A DNA stretch of 64,000 nucleotides from Tubulanus polymorphus. Lineage: Eukaryota > Animalia > Nemertea. A program made the position numbers and the translations under genes. Shown here in pieces: positions 1-10,930 of the stretch (positions within the stretch are counted from its first letter, which is position 1; each line of letters opens with the position of its first letter). Below the pieces are notes generated by a model, which did not search any database, was not told the DNA's origin, and saw only the letters and a program-made list of their open reading frames with translations. The stretch covers positions 17,754,210 to 17,818,209 of the forward strand of contig NC_134030.1 in the NCBI RefSeq assembly GCF_964204645.1, in the 5' to 3' direction.

Positions 1-221
1 AACAATACATTCTATCATGTTTTCCCTCAATTCGGGGATTCCTATGTGATGAATAATATACATTAATAGGCCTATACATTAATGTTTTGAACACATACGC
101 CTAATTGGTTTTAATACGACCAGTGAAACTGTGCAGTTTTAATAAACCATTGTTTTTATATCCATTTTACGCTGTATTGAAAGATTGCCAAAAAGTTTTC
201 ATTTTCGCATGTTGAAATGAG

Positions 222-1668
222 AAACTAGGGGTCCAGGGACACCATGCCCACTTGGGAAATGGTTTCAAATGCTCAACAATCTAACAATTTCAATATTCAA
301 CGCCCCCTGGTGACCATTTACAAAAACCAACGACCTTGAAACTCACCAAAATCATAGAACATGTCAGCAGCTACGATTTTGTAATTGATTGTGATAACAA
401 AATATGCCTCGTTACCAATTTGATATGGAAATACTAAGTCATTCTACTATTCAACGCCCCCTGGTGACCATATTCAAAACCCAATGACCTCGAAACTCAC
501 CACAATCATAGAACATGTCATGAACTACAACTTTGCAATTGATCATGGTAACAAAATATGCCTAGGAGCGAACTCTTTTATCAGATCGGAGAATCCGTTT
601 GCCTCCAATCGTACTCTTTTATTGGTCAAGTGACTTTTTGGAGTCTCCGAAACCTCCTTTCTGTCGAGGTGGTGTGATTCGGATTTTGTGTGGAGCCAAC
701 CGGAGATTTCGGACGGAGACTTCGGAGGTCATAAAAGAGTACGCCCTTGGTACCAATATAATAAGGAAATACTAAGTTATTCTACTATTCAACGCCCCCT
801 GGTGACCATATAGAAAAACTAATGTCCTTAAAACTCACAACAATCATAGATGATGTCATGAGCTACAACTTTCCAATTGATTGTGGTTACAAAATATGCA
901 TAGGTACGAATATAATAAAGAAATGCTAAGATATTGTATTATTCAACGCCCCCTGGTGGCCATATACGAAATCCAATTACCTTGAAACTCACCACAATCA
1001 TAGAACACGTTATGAGCTACAACTTTCTAATTGATTGTGGTAGCAAAATACGCTTAGGTATCAATATAATGTGGAAAAACTTTTTCCCACTTACGAATGA
1101 GTACTGGTGACACCAAGATGGCCGCCAATTGTGTTATAATTGGCTGATGAAAAATACCTGTCTCAGGTATAAAACATCCCTTTCCAAAGAATACCCATCA
1201 CAAATTGCATTGAGAAATGGTAAACCAGTAGGAAGCTACAGGACTCAGAATTCGGGCAAAAATTAACATTTTGGGCACTAAAAAGGTCATAGGACGGCCA
1301 TCTTGAGTCCGACCGACCCAATTTTTGTTTCGTTGATGGGCCCTGGGGGGATTCATATATAACCGAAAGATCAAGGTAATTGATCGAAGCGTCTTCAAAA
1401 TTTCCCTCAAAAAGTTCAAAAATGTGTAAAAAGTGCTGATTTTGGCGAACAACAATGGCTGCCAGTCAGCCATCTTGATTCTGACAGGGTCAGTTTTTGG
1501 GCTGAAGATGTGTCTAGGGTAGATACACGTGTAACCCAAATATCAAGACGTTACCTTGAAGCGTCTTCAAAACTTCCCAAAATAACTGGATTCCGTCTAC
1601 GGACGGACGGACGGACGAAAAGTGAACGCAATAGCCCGCTGGGACTAGTGTCCCAAGTAGGCTAAAAA
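222..1668 (+). mobile_element. Non-autonomous Helentron/HINE (DINE-1-like) element with an internal ~155-bp satellite array
   Basis: 5' GCCCACTTGGG (~247) is complementary to 3' CCCAAGTAGGC (~1652). A (GGAC)n microsatellite at ~1600 is followed by a 3' stem-loop and an A-run. Tandem units containing TTCAACGCCCCCTGG occur at ~296, 451, 788 and 942. A second copy lies at ~17.7-18.8 kb. Confidence 0.65.
566..748. mobile_element. Small MITE inserted into a satellite unit
   Basis: Imperfect TIR GAGCGAACTCTTTT ... AAAAGAGTACGCCC. It lengthens one 155-bp period by ~180 bp and is absent from the homologous array at ~18 kb. Confidence 0.5.
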
Positions 1669-1685
1669 TAAGCCATTTTTGAATC

Positions 1686-1794
<109 letters not shown>

Positions 1795-2129
1795 AAGCTG
1801 CAGAATATAGTTATAGAATATTCTTTTATTTAGTCTTTCGCTCGGAGCGTGGAGTAAAAATACCGATCTCTTTACAAATATCGCCTATATTTAAAACGTC
1901 GGACCTTAACTAAATCCTTGGTTATTTATATATTTCTAAAATGTATTTCTATCGGTAAGGTCATTGTGCTGCTCCTGTGAACATCATATAATTGTAGTCC
2001 AAACATTCTAAAAGGTGTTGCGTGTTTGCGACAAGTTGAGAATCAATAATTCAATAATTCAACAGCTTCATCTTCGTCGTTGTGTCGATTGTGATGTTCA
2101 CGGTGTTGTTCCCGCACTAGAGGTTATAT

Positions 2130-2620
2130 TGCTATGACAAATCTATTTACAAACTGTTCTAAAATTACGAATCCTATCTGATCTTTTCAAAACAATCCTT
2201 ATCTCTTGACTCCCTTTTCTCTAAAAATCTCACGAGTACTTACAAAAAAGAATCTAGTTATTTGCTATAAATGACTTAAGCTTGTACAAAAAAAATCTAA
2301 TTAACCTACATATTACTATTTGTCTTCGCGCTTACCCATTAAAGTAAAACAATTTTAGAGGTTTAAGACCTATAAAGTTAAGAATCCTATCTGATCTATT
2401 CAAAATAATTAACAATTTACAAACCATCCTAACCATTAAACCTATTTACAAACCATCCTAAAGTTGAGAATCCTATCTTATCTATTCCTAATTAACTCAA
2501 TAATCATTACGAGATTTCACCCGAAAGCTCGTTATACTTACAAAAAACAAAAACAAAAAATAAAATCTATTTGAATAAAAACTCACACATTACTATTTGT
2601 CTTCGCACGATTAAATCTAA
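2130..2620. repeat. Degenerate local tandem duplications
   Basis: GAATCCTATCTGATCT and ACATATTACTATTTGTCTTCGC-like motifs recur 2-3 times. Confidence 0.5.
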
Positions 2621-2657
2621 CAATTTAAAAGGTTAAATCTGTGCAGATTAACATTTT

Positions 2658-3562
2658 CTATTTACGGTTTGAATACAATTCCTCCATATCTATTAAGGAG
2701 TTGTGTCTTTGCCCTTCCCGGCTTCCATATTCATGTAAGGAGTAGTATCTTTGCCCTTTTCGGCCTCCATATCCATATAAGGAGTTGTGTCTTCACCCTT
2801 CTCGGCTCTCATGGCTTTACGAGTTTGTACGTTATGTTGTAATCTAGTTTCAGATTTTCTCACAGGTTTTCTGTTAGAAACATTATCGGAATTTCTGTAA
2901 TCATCCGGATCTTGTAAGGAGTTGTATCTTTGCCCTTTGCGGCTGCCATATCCATATAAGGAGTTGTGTCTTTGCCCTTCCCGGCTTCCATATCCATAAA
3001 AGGAGTTGTATATTCAACAGATGCACAAGAAAAAAGTTCAACATCATCTTCCACAGGTTCATCGGTATCTTCCACCAACTGAAGATACGTCGTCGTCTTC
3101 AAAGCTTCAGGAATTATGTATTGATCTGTGTCTGTATCTCCACCGGCGCTAGGAGTTGTCACGTCCATCACGTACGTGTCCTCTTCTATCCCAGGTCCCA
3201 TATCGATATAAGGAGTTGTATCTTTGCTCCTCCCGGCTTCCATAGCCATGTGAGGAGTTGTATCGTTTTCATTCTCGGCCCTCATGGCTTTATGACTTTG
3301 TTGTAATCCAGTTACAGTATTTCTCAAAAGTTTTCTTTTTGAAACATTCTCGGGATTTCTGTCGTCCGGGTCTTCGTAGATGTTCAACTCGTCATCTGTT
3401 GTTTCAAGCTGTTGCTGTGGGGGTGAAGTGTCCACATGACCTTCACCGGTTTCAAGCTGTTGCGGTTGTGTTGAAGTATCCACATGACCTTCACCGGTTT
3501 CAAGCTGTTGCGGTTGTGTTGAAGTATCCACATGACCTTCACCGGACGAATATCGTCTGCAT
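2658..3562 (-). CDS. Terminal exon of Ig-domain receptor: cytoplasmic tail with tandem Tyr motifs (two 1-nt frameshifts)
   Basis: Acceptor TTTCAG|A at 3562 is phase 2, matching the TM exon. Reads RCRRYSSGEGHVDTS..., three 48-nt repeats, IYEDPDD, then KDTTPY(M/I)DM repeats. Single-nt deletions at ~2913 and ~2692 shift the frame; restored, it continues Y(E)DPDDYRN...PYMDM...PYMNM...PYIDMEELYSNRK* with TAG at 2658-2660. Confidence 0.7.
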
Positions 3563-4210
3563 CTGAAATGTGTAATTTATGCAGCATGAAGTAACGACCG
3601 TGTAATTTCAACGTATTTCGAAAAGGTTGTGAACTGCAAAATAACAGAGATCTAGCACCGATTTTGCAAAATTCCACAATTGGTGCCAAACGTACAACCA
3701 AACATTTTAAGGACAAATGGTTGAGTGCTTTCCTTTAAGCTCTGATTTTCGTAAAAGCCTTGACACAGACACATTAGACTCTCTTTGCAAAAACTGGTTG
3801 TGCACAGTAGGTTCGAGTCCCGATCTCGCGATCCCGGCATTTATTTTTAAAAGTAAACATCGTTAACTGTTTAAATTAACCCACCGGTCGGTTTGATTTT
3901 TATCATCATCCAGACTTACTGGCAGCAAACTCACTGATCTAGCACTCTGTATTATAACATGTTTAATTTTTTCATCTTCAACTTACAACGAATTCAATGT
4001 TGTATTTAAATATATGTCGATATGCGATAGAAGGAGATTGACTTAGATCTAGCTAAAGTTTAGTCAAAACTTCGAAACTGTCAAAATATATCAACTGTGG
4101 GTTTTTCCCATCAACACGGGGGGGGGGGGTAATGTCGAGTTCATACCGAGGGAGTGGGTGGGCGGGGTATGTCGAGTTCATACCGGGTGGGGGGTATGTC
4201 GAGTTCATAC

Positions 4211-4313
4211 CTGCGAATAGTGATAACAGCGATAGCAACGATCAAAAAGTACCCAGCCGCTCCACCGACGATGTATGAGAATATGAGGCCGATAACAATC
4301 CAGTGATTGGGGT
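4211..4313 (-). CDS. Transmembrane exon of Ig-domain receptor
   Basis: Encodes DPNHWIVIGLIFSYIVGGAAGYFLIVAIAVITIR with donor AG|GTATGA at 4211. The acceptor giving phase 1 is CATCAG| at 4313; an AG 10 nt upstream would be out of frame. Confidence 0.7.
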
Positions 4314-4588
4314 CTGATGTCGTCTGAAAGATGTAACAATGATTAAATTACTATCACGAACGACCATTTAATCGCATATTTGTTACAGTGATCATCAACA
4401 ATATTCAACCCGTAATGATTTAAAACGTGGTATGCTATATGCAAATAGCTTATATACTGTGTTTAAATCACGACAGGTTTAGGCGTGGATCAAGAGTGTT
4501 CCAAATCGCATAAGGGCACTCAATATTACGGGCTGCTTTATCCTTCATAGGGGGATCTATAAACTGCTATCCCGCCTTTTACACTTAC

Positions 4589-4906
4589 CAGTAGGGTCAC
4601 CCGGTGTAGTTTTAGGTTTGGGAATAACTGTTACTTTCAAAAAATTAACTGCTAACGTTTTCACGGAATTTCCGATATTGTAGAAACATCTGAACTGTGA
4701 GTTGTTGATTGTCATATTTCCACGGATTATTAATCGTTTCCCGGATGAATAATGTTTCCAATCATCATCATTTTCTAATCGCTTTTCCCATTGTATTTTC
4801 CCTTTATCGTGTTTACACTCGTAAGTTTTTGATTCTCCTTCATTCAATTTCACCGTATAATTCATTAAAGGATTCCCCGATGCATCAGCTATAACTGGGA
4901 GACCGT
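4589..4906 (-). CDS. Immunoglobulin-domain exon (I/C2-set-like)
   Basis: 318-nt symmetric phase-1 exon (TTTACAG| ... G|GTAAGT). EGESKTYEC...IQWEK...LII...SQFRC gives the Ig C-W-C pattern. Confidence 0.8.
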
Positions 4907-5356
4907 CTGTAAATAAACATATTCTGATTATGTCAATCATTCAGTTACTGGTTTTATATTTCAACTTAAGTAATGATGATAAAAATCTTTAAATCTGTAT
5001 GAAAAAATTGTTCATAGTAAAAGCTGTATCATGGTTATAAAGATCAGACTGTGTTTAAATTTGTTCAGATCAATTTTCCAAAGAGTTCCACAAAAACGTG
5101 GAGACAATAAATTGAATGCAACGTCCGCCTTATGTTTAAATAACGATAGGGAATTTTAACCTAATTCTAACTGAATATTAATTGAGTAAATCTCCCGGGT
5201 TTTAGTTAATACCACCCCCAGGGGTATAAACAGAGCGGTAATTCATCACACAAAGAATTTTAGTATCCACGCTATATTTTGGCCCCAAAACATTAAATTA
5301 AAACACTAAACATTATCGAGCAGATTGTGTTTAAACACATCTCTCTGTCTCTCTAC

Positions 5357-5467
5357 CTTCGCTCCGTCTAGTAATGCGTATCTCTTCTTCGATGATCTCC
5401 GGGATAACGAGGGCATTGTGGAACCGTGATGTCAGATATCTGGACTTCATTCGCAGTGGTTTCACAA
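5357..5467 (-). CDS. Probable upstream linker exon of the Ig receptor
   Basis: 111-nt symmetric phase-1 exon (TTTTTTATATTTAG| ... G|GTAGAG) with open frame VKPLRMKSRYLTSRFHNALVIPEIIEEEIRITRRSE. Confidence 0.5.
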
Positions 5468-5691
5468 CTAAATATAAAAAACAGTTTTCCAGAAAAAAAA
5501 ATCGTTAAAAATCGATTATTAGAAAACGCGACGCTCTTCTTAAAATTTGAAACTAATGTTCTCTTATTTCTAGTCGATTGAGATTGGAAAATTAAACAAC
5601 ATTATTCTAAATTGTGGACGCCTTAGAATTACTAGATCATCAGAAACCATCGGAATCATCCTATTTGAGTTTAGGGAAGGGTATTAGACCC

Positions 5692-6033
5692 TAGTAACAG
5701 GGGTTTAGTTGTTCTATACCAAAGGTCGAACGGTCGAGCTCATAAAAAATGAAAAACATGAAAATAATTACAATTTCTACTTGAATTAGTCGCGAAACTC
5801 ATAAAAAATGAAAAATAATTCTCACACACTCGAATTTATTTTTCATTTTTACTCGCTAGAAAAAAGTGTGAGTAAAGTGTGAGTGAAATAAATTCGAGCG
5901 TGTGAGAATTATTTTTCATTTTTTATGAGTTTCAATCCTAATTCAAGTAGAAATTGTTATTATTTTCATGTTTTTCATTTTTTACTCACTCGCCCGTTCA
6001 ACCTTTAGTATAGAACAACTAAACCCCTATTAC
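5692..6033. repeat. Long imperfect inverted repeat (~160-bp arms)
   Basis: AGTAACAGGGGTTTAGTTGTTCTATAC... pairs with ...GTATAGAACAACTAAACCCCTATTACT. Confidence 0.9.
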
Positions 6034-6482
6034 TCTTAGAATATTCATATACATGAATAAAATATACATGAATAACATATAAATTGATAGATTATTCAAT
6101 ATAAAAGTGTAAGCTCTTATAGAATAGATATATAGATATATTTACAACATTATTTCAATATTTATATTTGTATGAGTTAGATTTTTAAATGTCTTTATTG
6201 TCTTTATTATCTTTAGTAGTTTAGTAGTTCTATTTCATTTTTTAAAGTATTAATAATATGAAGATTTATTCTTTATGTACTAAAAGTACTAAAGATAATA
6301 AAGACATAAGGTTAGATTTTTAAACATTAAAAGTGTGAGTAAAGTGTGAGTGAAATAATTCATATTTAAAACAGTGAATATTTATATTTATATGTGTTAG
6401 ATTCTTTTTGTTTAACATAAAAAGTGTGAGTAAAGTGTGAGTGAAATAATTTATATTTAAAACAGTGAATATTTATATTTGA

Positions 6483-7139
6483 ATGAGTTTTAGTACAAAT
6501 TTTGTTATAAAAATGAAGAAAGAAGAAGAAGAACCCAACTTTAAAATCGAAATCAATGAAACCAATAAATCATTTTCACAGTTTAACATTAAAAATTATA
6601 TTTCAGCAACAAATTTAGTGTCCGCAAGGTATTATAAAATTGAAAATATTACTGTAATTAATCAATAAATAATATTATCAAATGAAACATATTTAATTAC
6701 TGAACTAATTGATACTTTCGATAATGGTGTTAAAAATCCTAAAGTATTCAATACAGTTTTAAATTTTAAAGGATCTTTAGATGAAAACATAATAAATATA
6801 CTTCAAACCCCTTTCAATGAAAGAAATGATGATATAATACTTTCAAAAGATTACAATGATTTGATTAACTTAAGAATTGAAAAAAGACAATTATATTATT
6901 TCAATTTTGATAATAAACAAATTATCTATAATGAAAATTCATCAAATATTGGAATTCAATGTGAATTAGATAATGAAAAATCATTTAAAGATATTGCAGT
7001 TCAATGTAATTTAGATGATGAATTGAGAAAATTCAATCCTAATGAAAAAGTGTATTGTTATTGCGGTGGTAAATATTTAAAATCACATAAATCAAAGCAT
7101 TATGAAACAATTAAACATAAAAACTGGCGTAAAGAGTAA
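6483..7139 (+). pseudogene. ~215-aa protein with C-terminal CxCG..H..H zinc finger; one in-frame stop
   Basis: Track ORFs 6483-6668 and 6861-7139 share a frame, separated by a single TAA at 6666. C-terminus CYCGGKYLKSHKSKHYETIKH. Paralog at 61163-61840. Confidence 0.7.
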
Positions 7140-7189
7140 CAATTCTTCATTATAATTATTGAATTGAGTTAAATGATTTAAATATCTAA

Positions 7190-7715
7190 TAGACTGTTAA
7201 AATGATAAATTGTTTGACAGTTGAAATGATAAATTGTTTGACAGTTGAAATGATAAATTGTTAGACAGTTGAAATGATAAATATTTTGGCAGTTGAAATG
7301 ATAAATTGTTCGACAGTTGAAATGATAAATTGTTTGTCAGTTGAAATGATAAATTGTTAGACAGTTGAAATGATAAATTGTTTGACAGTTGAAATGATAA
7401 ATTGTTTGACAGTTGAAGTGATAAATTGTTAGACAGTTGAAATGATAAATTGTTTGACAGTTGAAATGATAAGACAGTTGAAATGATAAATTGTTTGACA
7501 GTTGAAATGATAAATTGTTAGACAGTTGAAATGATAAATTGTTTGACAGTTGAAATGATAAATTGTTAGACAGTTGAAATGATAAATTGTTTGACAGTTG
7601 AAATGATAAATTGTTTGACAGTTGAAGTGATAAATTGTTTGACAGTTGAAATGATAAATTGTTAGACAGTTGAAATGATAAATTGTTTGACTGTTGAAAT
7701 GTTAAATTGTTTGGC
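7190..7715. repeat. 24-bp tandem repeat (GACAGTTGAAATGATAAATTGTTT), ~21 copies
   Basis: Direct reading; no unique spacers. Confidence 0.97.
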
Positions 7716-7837
7716 TGTAAATTTAATTGTTATTTGATTTAATCATTTAAAAGTTCAATGTTTTTAAAATGATTATAAAATATTTAATTAAAAACTAGCA
7801 AATATTTTATAAACTGTTTAATTCTTCTCTCAAATAA

Positions 7838-8056
7838 ATGGATGGTTTCATCCCAACTGGGAAAAGTGATTTGAAACATTATTTAGTAGCAGGCGGATTA
7901 ATATTGGCTGCGCTTTTCTTTTATTATGGAAATATCAGTAAGGATTTGATAAATGAAAATATAAAATTGAGCAAGAAATTAAAGAAGTTAAATGAAAACA
8001 ATCACAGAAAGAATAACAATAACAAAGTTAATGATTTAAATGATTTGGAGGATTAA
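7838..8056 (+). CDS. Small single-pass membrane protein of the virus-like cassette
   Basis: HYLVAGGLILAALFFYY hydrophobic segment plus a basic coiled tail; TAAATG start context; conserved at 60836-61018. Confidence 0.65.
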   Translation: MDGFIPTGKSDLKHYLVAGGLILAALFFYYGNISKDLINENIKLSKKLKKLNENNHRKNNNNKVNDLNDLED

Positions 8057-9009
8057 AACAACATCTTTTAATTATTGTTTTTTTATTTAAATCTTTTTGA
8101 TTTCGAATAGAAATCAAAAAGATTTAAATGAAAAACAATAAGTTACTTTATCTGATGCTAACTTATTTAACTTATTGTTTTTTTATTTAAATCTTTTTGA
8201 TTTCTATTCGCGCTATTGGTTAACAAGAATTGACTAGAATTCAAATAGACTTAACAAGAAATTCAATAACTCTAACTGTTAGTATCACACTTGTATTATT
8301 TCATTGTTTCTCTTATTGAATAAGCCAACTAACTAATATCACTCTTGTATTATCCTAGTCAAATGTAAAGAATTTAAAATATCATATTTGAATAAATTAA
8401 AACATAAATTACTTCTGTGACTTCATTTTCAGAAATAAAGCATAATATGCCCCGTGGAGGCCACAGGTAGTGAAACTATAGCAAAAGATAAGCAGTATTG
8501 GTGAGGAGAGAAAAATCCATTGCCTAAACTACAACGACTTTTGCCCTTTATAATGTTATAAGTCATTGGAGGAGATATGGTGATATCTTTTCAGAGTTTA
8601 TCACGGGACCCGTATTTGTTTCAACTGACAAAATAGACTTTGGATATTTCTAACAGCTAGCTAAGTGCAAGATAAATCATCACGAATAAATACAGTAATC
8701 TCCGCTAATCGCGTCATTAGTTTGCCCGCATTCTTGACACATAATCAGCGGATAATTCGAGGAAGTATTTATTTAAAACCGTATCAATATTTCTTGAATT
8801 ATGAAAATTCCAAAATCGTTCACAATGATTTTACCCCATATCTTCTGATGACGGAGCCCATTCACCGAATCTGTCAAATAAACACCAATTTTGGAGGTTC
8901 CCTTTGGCATGGTCCCCTTTGGGCCAACAGAAAAAGTAAATCCATAGATTCAATCAAGATCACCCCTTACATTTGAAATATCGCGGTTTTTCAATATGAC
9001 CACCATCGT

Positions 9010-9053
9010 CATTACTGATGATGGCTGTTAGTCAACAGCCGAAACGTTGTGGT
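9010..9053 (+). ncRNA. Minimal type I hammerhead ribozyme motif (degenerate stem I)
   Basis: CTGATGA-T-GGCTGTT(AGTC)AACAGCC-GAAA-CGTT. Confidence 0.55.
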
Positions 9054-9958
9054 TTCAAAATAATAAATTCTATGTATATCTATGTAGCTCTACGATCCTG
9101 TGTAACCATCAGATTCTTGGTGAACATTACTGCACGAATATCACATTTTCAAGCCCAATTTTGCAACCACGTAACGTAGGCTTGTAAAACCATTGTCTTT
9201 ACCAACTAAATCACAGTCAAACTATCATATAAAATTGTTGTTATTCAATATACGTTGGTTGTTTTTAATGTGGCCGCCGCTGCTATTACTGAAAATCTAA
9301 TTTTTCTCGCATGCCCTTATTGCCAACTACTGTCTGTCACACCTGCTCTTCGTGCGACGTTTTGGTCCCTAATTTCGTTAATAATCATGTTTGCGGTCAA
9401 ATCAGCGAGTCAGACCTCCGAGCAATTATCTAACTTAGATTAGATAATTGCTCGTAGGAGTCAGACAGACTCTCCGCCATAGTTTGTAAATCTTCTGATT
9501 ATCTTTTGTCAGTAACATTATAGGGCCTGTGACAAATCTCTACGGCACTGACTCTGACGTCATCGGTTGAATTCGCAATTCCGATAGAAATATAATTACT
9601 AAGGCGAGTAACGGAGGCCGCAGTAACTTACTTATTTCATTCGTATTAGCTCCAGATGTTCCTGCGATGTATAAGTTTCCCAATAGTAAAACTGTGCAGA
9701 TTATTAAGAACAAACTTGTCTTCGTCATCGTGATATCGAAAGGATTGATTCACATATAAAAGAATAATCGTTCTGGTTGAGGAAGTTTAACAGAGTACTT
9801 CGATGATGGATTGATAATGTTTAATATATCCGAGTGTTTAAGCAAACGGAGGAAGCGAAAAGTAAAAACGTTTGATGAAACAAAGTGTCGGACCCTTCTG
9901 AGCTGATCGTAGCATCCGATAGTTCCTTTCATGAAGTCATGAATGATATTGCCGCGAT

Positions 9959-10324
9959 AAGGCCTGCAGTTATTATGATTTAAGTTAATTATTCTTTAAT
10001 TATTATTCAAACAATATTAAAAGTTAAGTTATTCAAAATACTCAATCTGTTTTAATAATTATTTGATTTGAATTAGTTATCATCTCAATTGATCTAGAAA
10101 TAATAAAGTTTTGAAATTTAAATTCAGAAAAAAATTTAGTTCGCTAAAACTACATGCTCTAAAATATTTCTGACGTTTATTGGAATTATTTATCAATTAT
10201 AAATTTCGATTAATAAATAATAATCGATTATCTATGAATTTTGAATTAAAATGGCTGTTAACTGTTAGTTGTTTTAGGTAGAAGAAAATAATTAACTTAT
10301 TAAATCAAACTAACTGCAGGCCTT
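9959..10324. mobile_element. MITE
   Basis: TIR AAGGCCTGCAGTT ... AACTGCAGGCCTT around an AT-rich core. Confidence 0.6.
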
Positions 10325-10449
10325 GTAATATCGCAGAAATATCTTCGATTTAAATTAAAATCATTAATACTTTCACTCTTCATTTTATCCTCGTTGATAA
10401 CTGTGAAAAAAGCACAAAAAAAGATTAATTTCTATAAGACTTTACAAAA

Positions 10450-10930
10450 TACATTACGTTATGTTGGGGAAACTGGTAGGAATATTAAAGAACATCAAAG
10501 AACATAAACGCGATGTATTCAATGGGGTTAAATTAGAAAGTGGGGTAGTTTCTCATTCTTTGGTTACCGGACACAATTTTGATTTTTCTGGAGCCAATAT
10601 TATCTTTCCCAACAGTAGTCGCACTAAACGACATATAGTTGAATCTGCTTTGATTACTACTCATTCCGATCGTTCTGTCAACCTCAATAATGGTTTCAGC
10701 CCCCATAATAAACTTCTTTCAAGTTATGTCAGTGCTCTAGTCCCCATAACGTAATGTGCAGCGATTCGTGTCCTATTTCATGTATTAATACTGTGTGTTT
10801 ATTTGGCAAGCCATTTTAGACTGAAGAAGGTTGGTAGTAACCACCCGAAATATTTCTTATATGTTTTAAATAAACATTTATCATTTAATACATTTATTGT
10901 GGGATTTTACTCGTAAGGATAATTCTACCA
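10450..10930 (+). mobile_element. Penelope-like retroelement 3' fragment (GIY-YIG endonuclease C-terminus)
   Basis: YVGETGR at ~10460 (frameshifted), then KEHKRDV...SGVVSHSLVTGHNFDFS...KRHIVESALI, followed by a hammerhead motif. Confidence 0.8.
10817..10858 (+). ncRNA. Minimal hammerhead ribozyme of Penelope-like element
   Basis: AGA-CTGAAGA-A-GGTTGGT(AGTA)ACCACCC-GAAA-TATT-TCT; palindromic AATATT. Confidence 0.6.

Larger units (their letters stand above)
5690..8400 (+). mobile_element. AT-rich virus-like (Polinton-like?) cassette, copy 1
   Basis: Long hairpin at 5692-6033, AAAGTGTGAGTAAAGTGTGAGTGAAATA iterons, two ORFs shared with 60.1-62.2 kb, a 24-bp satellite, and palindromes at ~8070-8210. 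Boundaries approximate. Confidence 0.6.

Noticed and set aside
3384-3716. Alternative-frame ORF with PVKVMWILQHNRNSLK repeats
   Set aside because: The other frame is phase-compatible with the TM exon and carries the signalling motifs
7190-7715. CRISPR-like regular repeat
   Set aside because: Head-to-tail 24-mers without unique spacers, no cas genes, eukaryotic context
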